A stretch of 48,840 nucleotides of DNA from a bacterium. GTDB lineage: Bacteria > Zhuqueibacterota > Zhuqueibacteria > Oceanimicrobiales > Oceanimicrobiaceae. Location of the stretch: positions 1-48,840 of the forward strand of contig JBHIAW010000002.1 in NCBI GenBank assembly GCA_046758765.1, in the 5' to 3' direction. The position numbers and the translations under genes were made by a program. The first letter of the stretch is position 1. Each line of letters starts with the position of its first letter. The notes beneath the pieces are model-generated. The model was given only the letters and a program-made list of their open reading frames with translations, ran no database searches and was not told the origin of the DNA. Positions 8,501 through 15,381 of the stretch are shown here, piece by piece.

Positions 8501-9295
8501 ATGCAAGAAACCGATTGTGAAAAAATTGCTGTATTTGGTGGTGTTTACAACAACTATTTAGCTTTAGAAGCCCTGGTAACCGATGCCAAAAAAAGGGGCG
8601 CAGAAAAGCTTTTCTGCCTAGGAGATTTGGGCGCTTTTGGACCTAATCCTGACAAAGTGTTCCCAATTCTATTGGAACATAATATTGCTGTGGTTCAAGG
8701 GAACTACGACCATTCCATCGGCAACAACCTAAGTGACTGCCAGTGCGGTTACACAGACTCTCGGGATAATCATTTTGCCCAGATCAGTTACGACTACACC
8801 TTCACGAAAACCAGCCCAGACTTCAGAAAATGGCAGAAACAACTTCCTTCAGAAATTCGATTTACTTTTGGAGGTAAGCGGGTGCTGCTCTGTCATGGCT
8901 CCCCTCGAAAGACCAACGAATTTCTCTGGGAATCCACTACCCCGACCCATTTCTTACAAAAACTTTTTCACGATCATGAAGCTGATATTATTCTGAGTAC
9001 GCACACCGGCATTCATTGGAAAAGAGATGTGGGGGAGGGCAAGCTCTTCGCCAATGTGGGTGTCATCGGTCGTCCTGCAAATGATGGTCAGACCAATGCG
9101 TGGTATGCCATACTTTCCGCCAACGGACATGTAGAAATCGAATTTATCCCGTTGGAATATGATTACCTGCGACTAGCTGAAGAAATGCGAGAAGAGAATC
9201 TTCCCCAAGAGTTTATCGACACCATTTTGACTGGCTGGTGGACAACCTGTCTGGAGATTTTACCAGCCAAAGAGCGCCTGCGTGGGAAATTCTAA
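8501..9295 (+). CDS. calcineurin-fold metallophosphoesterase with non-canonical metal-binding motifs
   Basis: Motif order is recognisable: AVFGGVYNN (in place of DxH), LGDLGAFGP, QGNYDHS (in place of GNHD/E), LCHGSP and STHTGIH. A CQCGY insertion follows motif III. Confidence 0.7.
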   Translation: MQETDCEKIAVFGGVYNNYLALEALVTDAKKRGAEKLFCLGDLGAFGPNPDKVFPILLEHNIAVVQGNYDHSIGNNLSDCQCGYTDSRDNHFAQISYDYTFTKTSPDFRKWQKQLPSEIRFTFGGKRVLLCHGSPRKTNEFLWESTTPTHFLQKLFHDHEADIILSTHTGIHWKRDVGEGKLFANVGVIGRPANDGQTNAWYAILSANGHVEIEFIPLEYDYLRLAEEMREENLPQEFIDTILTGWWTTCLEILPAKERLRGKF

Positions 9296-9428
9296 CTAAG
9301 GACAGAGGTAAAACGATGTGTTAATTCCGTCCGGGATTATAGGAATTCAGACCACGCAAGTGAAATCCGCAACCGGCGGTAACACCTCAGTCTTCGTCAG
9401 GAAAATCTCGTTCCCCAGTTAACAGAGG

Positions 9429-9574
9429 GTGTGAAAAGTACAATCGAGACGTTCCATAGCTCAGCAACACCTTGATGTCATTCTGGAAGAATCTTTTTAA
9501 TAAACAGGACCTTACGTCCAATCAAAAAAGATTCCTCCTGAATGACAAGCACCGCAGAGTCTGACTTTTCACAC
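9429..9574. repeat. palindromic hairpin element in a long structured intergenic region
   Basis: Outer inverted repeat GTGTGAAAAGT / ACTTTTCACAC. Inner arms GTCATTCTGGAAGAATCTTTTT / AAAAAGATTCCTCCTGAATGAC. Same core family as 397-487 and the 125-bp element. Confidence 0.7.
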
Positions 9575-9689
9575 AGTCTGTGAACGAGTACGGCTGGTTA
9601 CCTCACCGTAGCTGAGGTTTTACAACCGGCGTATTTTACTAATTGAATCTATCCAGGATGAAGACCCCTCTAATTCCCGATTTAGAATT

Positions 9690-9908
9690 TTACGCGACCT
9701 GATAAATAAGAGGTCGATAACGCGGTTCAGGAATTGGCTTTTCGTTTGCCCGCGCTGCTTCAAACCAGGCTTGTTTTGCTTTCAGCACCTCACTCAAGGC
9801 TTTCTCTGGAGTTTCTCCAAAAGCAGAATAATGTTTTAAGTCTGGTATATCCGCAATATATCCATTATCCTCTTCACTATGAAACACATTGATATGATAA
9901 TCTTTCAT
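9690..9908 (-). CDS. hicB: HicB-family antitoxin (short, 72 aa)
   Basis: MKDYHINVFHSEEDNGYIADIPDLKHYSAFGETPEKALSEVLKAKQAWFEAA matches the typical HicB N-terminal RNase-H-like fold signature (Y.....ED.G.Y.A..PDL.....G.T.EEA). Confidence 0.75.
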   Translation of the reverse strand: MKDYHINVFHSEEDNGYIADIPDLKHYSAFGETPEKALSEVLKAKQAWFEAARANEKPIPEPRYRPLIYQVA

Positions 9909-10010
9909 TCTTCATCCTCCATCTGAAGATTACTGCACATGCCGTTACTTCTGAAAATCGAATGTTCTTTGATCCAGAGATTAGTTTTTTAACAATTTTC
10001 GTCTTTTCAC
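9905..10010 (-). pseudogene. probable decayed hicA toxin remnant (frameshifted and shortened)
   Basis: GTG at 10010 opens VKRRKLLKN*. One frame over, ...NLWIKEHSIFRSNGMCSNLQMEDEE* ends in an ATGA overlap with hicB. KRRKLLK..L and (G)xHxIFRxxxG resemble the HicA N-terminus and its GSHxxF core, but about half the protein is missing. Confidence 0.35.
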
Positions 10011-10190
10011 ATATTTAATGTAATAATGATCTTAAATTTATTCAACTGTTTTTAACACTTACTTTACAAATAAGACTTGGCACCAGAGCGTCTGAGAAAA
10101 ATTTTTAAGTAAGTCCATGTTATATATTTCAATTTATTTTGTATCTTTCTGCTCTCCCATTTCTTCTTTCATTAGTATGGTGAAAAAAAC

Positions 10191-10219
10191 TTGTTATTTT
10201 ATAAAAAGAAAATTATATT
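10191..10219 (+). promoter_or_regulatory. candidate promoter TTGTTA-17 nt-TATATT for the VapBC-like pair
   Basis: Hexamers at 10191-10196 and 10214-10219. A strong SD (AAGGAGAAAAGGA) lies before ATG 10261. Confidence 0.4.
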
Positions 10220-10260
10220 TAGAGTAAATGTAACATATTGGTTATATAAGGAGAAAAGGA

Positions 10261-10455
10261 ATGGACAATGTGGATTTAGTTATAAAAAAGTTAGAGAAAA
10301 TAGAAAACGAAATTAATGCTTTGAAATTTTCATTAAAACAAAGTCAAAAGCCTTTGAAGCTAGGTGGTATTTGGACAAGAATCGATATTACCGAAAATGA
10401 TATAGAAGAAGCAAAGAGATCGTTATTTAAAAGTAAACTGACCAAGGATATATAA
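10261..10455 (+). CDS. putative antitoxin of the PIN-domain toxin (64 aa, helical)
   Basis: It sits 2 nt upstream of the PIN gene with a strong SD. The C-terminal LGGIWTRIDITENDIEEAKRSLF motif is a type seen in small partners of PIN toxins. Assignment rests mainly on position. Confidence 0.55.
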   Translation: MDNVDLVIKKLEKIENEINALKFSLKQSQKPLKLGGIWTRIDITENDIEEAKRSLFKSKLTKDI

Positions 10456-10457
10456 GA

Positions 10458-10850
10458 ATGCCCCATTATACCATTGATGCACATCCATTGATTTGGCATT
10501 TTACTAATTCCACCAAATTGAGTCCAAAAGCTAAAGAGTGTATCGAAGAAATAGAACAGGGTAAATCTGCTGGAATTATCCCATCAATTGTCATGGCTGA
10601 ATCATTCTATGTAGCAAGTAAAAAAAGAATCAATTTTGATTATAACGATTTACTTGACAAAATAATTTTAAGTCCAAATTATTTACTTTATCCGTTGGAC
10701 GCAGATATTTTATTTAAGTTAGGCCAAATGCATCCAATCACAGAATTACATGATCAAATTATTGTCGCTACCGCATTAATAACAGAAAGTAAATTAATTA
10801 CTAAAGATAAAGATATTGAAAATTCAAAAGTAGTCGATGTCATTTGGTAA
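10458..10850 (+). CDS. vapC: PIN-domain ribonuclease toxin (VapC-like)
   Basis: The conserved acidic positions are in the expected order: IDAHPLIW (D), VMAESF (E), LHDQIIVATA (D) and ITKDKDI (D). Size is 130 aa. The cassette is very AT-rich. Confidence 0.75.
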   Translation: MPHYTIDAHPLIWHFTNSTKLSPKAKECIEEIEQGKSAGIIPSIVMAESFYVASKKRINFDYNDLLDKIILSPNYLLYPLDADILFKLGQMHPITELHDQIIVATALITESKLITKDKDIENSKVVDVIW

Positions 10851-10865
10851 AACACTAATACTCTG

Positions 10866-11078
10866 ATGTATGAATCCAAAATTCCGGGGAGCAGCCTTCA
10901 GGCGGTGATCGATTTTTACAAGAAGGATGTGGATCGCACACTGATCCGGGAGAATCTCAAACTCACAGTGGAGGAACGCCTGCTCAATCTGCAAAATTTC
11001 CTGAAGTTCACCAGCGAACTTCAAAAAGCCGGCCAGAAGGTTCGCCAACGGGTCGTGACCAAGCGAGTCCATAGATGA
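10866..11078 (+). CDS. small helical protein, partner of the downstream nucleotidyltransferase (possible antitoxin or adaptor)
   Basis: ATGA overlap with the next gene. The motif LIRENLKLTVEERLLNLQNF recurs in small proteins encoded upstream of minimal nucleotidyltransferases. No function is known. Confidence 0.5.
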   Translation: MYESKIPGSSLQAVIDFYKKDVDRTLIRENLKLTVEERLLNLQNFLKFTSELQKAGQKVRQRVVTKRVHR

Positions 11079-11485
11079 TCATGGATTATCAGAAGCTCAT
11101 TCCCATTCTGGTTAAGGGTCAGGTAAAGTTTATTATGATTGGCGGTGCAGCCGCCATTGTACACGGTTCTGCACGTGTGACCTTCGATCTGGATGTAGTT
11201 TATGCTCGCGATTCGGACAATATTGAGCGGCTAGTACAAACGCTAAAACCTTATTTCCCGTATCTGCGAGATGCACCCCCCGGACTGCCTTTCGTATTCG
11301 ACCAAGACACCGTGGAGAAAGGTTTGAATTTCACCTTGACAACTAAACTCGGGAGTTTAGACCTGCTTGGAGAAGTTGTTGGCGGAGGAACTTACGAAGA
11401 CTTGCTACCCTATTCTCAGCAAATCGAAGTATTGTACAACTTAGGTCAAGTTGTTTCACGGTGTTACAATGATATAGTCATTTGA
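11075..11485 (+). CDS. minimal nucleotidyltransferase-fold protein (MNT-like), probably C-terminally truncated or replaced
   Basis: IGGAAAIVHGSARVTFDLDVVY shows the G[GS]...hG and DxD signature of the Pol-beta NTase fold. The recognisable sequence ends near ...YEDLLPYSQQIEV, and composition switches to AT-rich at about 11440. Confidence 0.55.
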   Translation: MIMDYQKLIPILVKGQVKFIMIGGAAAIVHGSARVTFDLDVVYARDSDNIERLVQTLKPYFPYLRDAPPGLPFVFDQDTVEKGLNFTLTTKLGSLDLLGEVVGGGTYEDLLPYSQQIEVLYNLGQVVSRCYNDIVI

Positions 11486-11500
11486 GATATTTATATAGTC

Positions 11501-11538
11501 TAAATACCTTACTTAAGTACTATAATTTAAATACCTTA
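11501..11538 (+). promoter_or_regulatory. 11-bp exact direct repeat TAAATACCTTA (x2, 27-bp period) upstream of the OM protein gene
   Basis: Copies at 11501-11511 and 11528-11538, each followed by a CTTAAG palindrome. They lie about 100-130 nt upstream of ATG 11635. Confidence 0.3.
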
Positions 11539-11634
11539 AGAAATCAAAAATACTTTTATGGCACAGCCTTTGCCTTATTGTTAATAATTCAGATAAAGTA
11601 GCAGAATAATTAGCAATCGTGGGATAAGCGTAAA

Positions 11635-12888
11635 ATGAAATCTGTAATAAATTTGGTTGGGTTAGCCCTATTACTGCTTTATTGTGGTCATGAAGTCTAT
11701 GGGCAGGGGCTCAATCTACCGGGTGGCAGAGGGCTCCTACATTTATCATCAGCGTGGAACTTGGAAAAGGGGGGCATTACATTCCACGGCTATACATCTT
11801 CTTATTATCAGAGAGCAAGTATTACCAGGCCAAATGGAATATCTGAGAGAAAGACCTATTGGGACATTCAAGGAGCTCTAACCATTCATTTTGCCAGCGG
11901 CAAACATATTGAATGGATTATTACCCAGATCGTATACCAAGACAATCACAAAGGTGAAGATGAAAACGAATTCAATTTACCAGACGATTTGATTCTAAAG
12001 TTAAAAGTCGGCTCTTTAGGTGGTCGTGTGAGTACATTTAAGTTTGGATTTACGGTTGCAACCCGCATACCCATCGCCTCCAAACACAATCTTATCCTGG
12101 AACCTTATTCAAGTGACAGAATACAAGCAGGGTTTACTACTCAGTTTTCCTATTCGCCTGATCCGCTTATTCCAGAGAGTGCCTTTAATCTGCATGTAAA
12201 TCTTGGCCTTTGGTATCAATATGATACGGGAAGATACTTAGTTAGTAGCCCCCCAGAGGACCTGATACCCGTAATTGACCCAACTTTGGCATTTTTATAT
12301 GGCATAGGTTTTGCTTTTCCTAGCAAGCGATTTGATATTTCATTCGAGTTGACTGGTCAGGCATTTCTCAATAGGCCTCCGGTGACTGTATACGGAAGAG
12401 AAGATGTTATTTGTTTTACCCCTGGTGTAAGATACAGACTTTCACCTTGGTTTTCATTGCTAGCCGGTTTGGATTTAAGATTATCAGATTTTAGAGACAC
12501 TACCTTATACCAACGCGATGGTACCGCCCTCAGCCGCGTTAATGACGAGCTTGCCAATTATCCATTCTGGCAGTTTCGGTTTGGAATTCAAGTGAATATC
12601 CGAAAGCCCGCTCCCCAATTACCTACTGCGGTTCATCTCAGCAAGACAGCCACCGACGGGAACAATGACCACTTTGATCATAGGAAAGCGAATATTGCAC
12701 GCCGTTTAGCCAGGCAGCAGAAATTGACAAGAGAAAGACTAAAAGCGGACAGTGCGGATGCAGAGCTTGAACGTATTCGAGCAGAAAGGAAAAGAATACA
12801 AATGATGATTAGTCGGCTAAGAAAGATTTTGGAAATTGAGCAAGAAGATGTTGAAGTTGAAAAGGAGTTAACAAAAAAACATCCCTGA
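11635..12888 (+). CDS. predicted outer-membrane beta-barrel protein with C-terminal charged coiled-coil tail
   Basis: Signal peptide MKSVINLVGLALLLLYCGHEVYG|QG. Alternating aromatic/hydrophobic beta-strand patterns run through about residue 320, ending WQFRFGIQVNI. The last ~90 aa are K/R/E-rich and helical (RIRAERKRIQMMISRLRKILEIEQED). Confidence 0.55.
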   Translation: MKSVINLVGLALLLLYCGHEVYGQGLNLPGGRGLLHLSSAWNLEKGGITFHGYTSSYYQRASITRPNGISERKTYWDIQGALTIHFASGKHIEWIITQIVYQDNHKGEDENEFNLPDDLILKLKVGSLGGRVSTFKFGFTVATRIPIASKHNLILEPYSSDRIQAGFTTQFSYSPDPLIPESAFNLHVNLGLWYQYDTGRYLVSSPPEDLIPVIDPTLAFLYGIGFAFPSKRFDISFELTGQAFLNRPPVTVYGREDVICFTPGVRYRLSPWFSLLAGLDLRLSDFRDTTLYQRDGTALSRVNDELANYPFWQFRFGIQVNIRKPAPQLPTAVHLSKTATDGNNDHFDHRKANIARRLARQQKLTRERLKADSADAELERIRAERKRIQMMISRLRKILEIEQEDVEVEKELTKKHP

Positions 12889-12908
12889 TATCAATCTAAA
12901 TTTTTGGG

Positions 12909-14222
12909 TTAACCTTCCAGCTTGTCTCTAAGATATTGCAATAAACTGTCTATTGAAATTCTTTCTTGGGACATAGAATCTCGTTCCCGAACAGTCACCG
13001 TATTATCCTCTGAGGTCTGAGAATCAACCGTTATACAAAATGGTGTACCCGCTTCATCCTGACGCCGATATCTTCTTCCGATAGCTCCACTTTCATCATA
13101 AAACACGACAAAATATTTTTTTAAGTGATCAGTGATTTTGTGCGCTATTTCTGGCATGCCATCACGTTTGACCAATGGAAAGATACCAGCCTTAATTGGT
13201 GCAATATGAGGAGTAAAATGTAGAACCACTCGAGTCTCGCCATTTAGATTTTCTTCTTCATAGGCATCCGTCAAACAGGTTAAGAGTGTTCGGTCGCAAC
13301 CGGCAGAGGTTTCGATGATGTAAGGTAAGTATCGTTCCCTTGTTACATCGTCAAAATATTGCATGTCTTTGCCTGAGAATTCCTGATGCCGGAATAGATC
13401 AAAATCCGTACGATTGTGAATACCTTCCAATTCCTTCCAACCAAAGGGAAACAGATACTCAATATCAAAAGCTGCGGCAGCATAGTGCGCCAACTCATCC
13501 GGGCCATGCTGATGGAATCTTAGATTCTCTTTACGAATTCCCAGCTCATCGTACCATTGAATCCGCTTTTCCTTCCAATATTCGAACCATTGCTCATCGG
13601 TGCCCGGTTTAACAAAGAACTGCATTTCCATTTGCTCGAATTCTCGGGTTCTAAAAATGAAATTCTTAGGTGTGATTTCATTCCGAAAAGCTTTACCAAT
13701 TTGAGCAATTCCAAACGGAATCTTTTTGCGCGAAGATTGTAGAACGCTCAAATAGTTTACATAAATTCCTTGGGCCGTTTCAGGTCTTAAATAGACAATA
13801 GAGGCTTCTTCCTCAACCGGTCCCATGTGAGTTTTAAACATCAAATTAAATTGACGGGCCTCGGTAAGCTCGCCGCCGCAAACCGGGCACGCTTGCGCGT
13901 CAAATTCATCACTGCGAAACCGGCGTTTGCAGGTTTTACAATCCACCATAGGGTCTGTAAAGCCTTCAACGTGACCGGAAGCCTCCCAAATCTTTGGATG
14001 CATAAGTATAGCCGAATCCAGTCCGACAATATCGTCGCGAAATTGAACCATACTCTTCCACCAAAATGCTTTTATATTTTTTTTGAGCTCAATGCCTAAG
14101 GGCCCATAATCATAGCAGCTATCCAAACCACCATAAATCTCACTTGACTGATATATGAATCCTCTTCGCTTACAAAGAGACACCAATTTGCTCATGATAT
14201 TGTCTGAAGGCTCCTTGCCCAT
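12909..14222 (-). CDS. glyQS: glycine--tRNA ligase (dimeric class II type)
   Basis: [40 protein letters not shown] and the anticodon-binding C-terminus. ATG 14222 is preferred (GAGGAG 6 nt upstream) over TTG 14225. Confidence 0.95.
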   Translation of the reverse strand: MGKEPSDNIMSKLVSLCKRRGFIYQSSEIYGGLDSCYDYGPLGIELKKNIKAFWWKSMVQFRDDIVGLDSAILMHPKIWEASGHVEGFTDPMVDCKTCKRRFRSDEFDAQACPVCGGELTEARQFNLMFKTHMGPVEEEASIVYLRPETAQGIYVNYLSVLQSSRKKIPFGIAQIGKAFRNEITPKNFIFRTREFEQMEMQFFVKPGTDEQWFEYWKEKRIQWYDELGIRKENLRFHQHGPDELAHYAAAAFDIEYLFPFGWKELEGIHNRTDFDLFRHQEFSGKDMQYFDDVTRERYLPYIIETSAGCDRTLLTCLTDAYEEENLNGETRVVLHFTPHIAPIKAGIFPLVKRDGMPEIAHKITDHLKKYFVVFYDESGAIGRRYRRQDEAGTPFCITVDSQTSEDNTVTVRERDSMSQERISIDSLLQYLRDKLEG

Positions 14223-14255
14223 CAAAATCTCCTCAAAAGAGATACATCAAAAAAG

Positions 14256-15302
14256 TCAATTAATTGTTCCTTGTCGAATAATTGCGGCCGCTCTTTCGGG
14301 TGGGACCACGTTTATCTGGAATCCGGAACCCAGATCAAAACTAGTGTGACCGCGAAATCTGGGGGTGATTTCAATATGCCAGTGATAATCCCGCTCCAAG
14401 GTCTTCCAATAGCCACGCAGTTTTCCAGCGGACATATTGGGACCGGAATGAAGAACCATCACATAATTTGGATCATTAAAGATGGTACTGATCTTCGATA
14501 AGATTTCCTTAAGCACCGAGGCCAAAAGAGTATGTTCAAGATTCCATTCAAAGAAAGTTTCGTGTTTCTTAGGCAAAATCCAGACTTCAAAAGGAGCACG
14601 TGATGAAAATGGTGCAAAAGCAAGATATTTCTCGTTTTGTAAAATAATACGTTCTTTGTCTGTAATTTCTTGATTTATTACATCACAAAAAATACATCGT
14701 TCCTTATATTGATAATAATCCATGGCGTTCATTAATTCCGTTTTAACACGAGTAGGAGTAATGGGCGTCGCAATGATATGTGAATGTGAATGGTTCACCG
14801 TCTCGACATTACCTTCGCCATAATTTTTATGAACAAGTACATATCGAAATCGTTCATCTCTTTTCAGGTCTAAGATTCGCTCTCGATAAGCAGATAAAAC
14901 ATCTTTTATGTGGTTCACATCCATATCAGGGATTTGTGTACAATGGGTAGGTGATTCTATGACTTGCTCATGCGCCCCAATACCGTCTAATACGTCATAC
15001 ATACCAACTCCTCGATTATTTAAATCCCCATAAATCTGCAAAATTGGCTTTTGGTCTGGTATCACACGTACTGACCAACCGGGTTCATTTTTCTGGGAAT
15101 TATCGAGGCGAATTGAAAATATTTCTGACGGCGTTTCTGTCTCGAAACCCTCACAAAATTGACAATGTGACTCTTTTTTATTTTCAGGTGTTCGTTCGCG
15201 TGGTAGTTTGTTGCAAACTAATTGATGGATATCATATTTGTTTTCAATAATGATTGTCCAGCGACCAGTAATTGGATCTCGTCTTAATTGGTTCACGCTC
15301 AT
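14256..15302 (-). CDS. GalT/HIT-superfamily nucleotidyltransferase (galactose-1-phosphate uridylyltransferase-like)
   Basis: A CQFCEG zinc-type motif near the N-terminus and the histidine triad VNHSHSHIIATP. Start moved to ATG 15302 (GGAGG 5 nt upstream). The ORF-track extension to 15431 is K/R-rich and overlaps the upstream gene. Confidence 0.65.
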   Translation of the reverse strand: MSVNQLRRDPITGRWTIIIENKYDIHQLVCNKLPRERTPENKKESHCQFCEGFETETPSEIFSIRLDNSQKNEPGWSVRVIPDQKPILQIYGDLNNRGVGMYDVLDGIGAHEQVIESPTHCTQIPDMDVNHIKDVLSAYRERILDLKRDERFRYVLVHKNYGEGNVETVNHSHSHIIATPITPTRVKTELMNAMDYYQYKERCIFCDVINQEITDKERIILQNEKYLAFAPFSSRAPFEVWILPKKHETFFEWNLEHTLLASVLKEILSKISTIFNDPNYVMVLHSGPNMSAGKLRGYWKTLERDYHWHIEITPRFRGHTSFDLGSGFQINVVPPERAAAIIRQGTIN

Positions 15303-15381
15303 TGACGCCTCCAATTCAAATCCATCTAATAAATTTACAATATCGCAGGTTGGAAACGAACGAATGTTAACTTTCTGACTG

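Noticed and set aside
9296-9689. Riboswitch or group II intron remnant in the long structured spacer
   Set aside because: I could not find a B12 box, a SAM/TPP/FMN core or an intron domain-V-like sequence. The symmetry is better explained by nested palindromic repeats. It is kept as a low-interest finding pending an Rfam scan.
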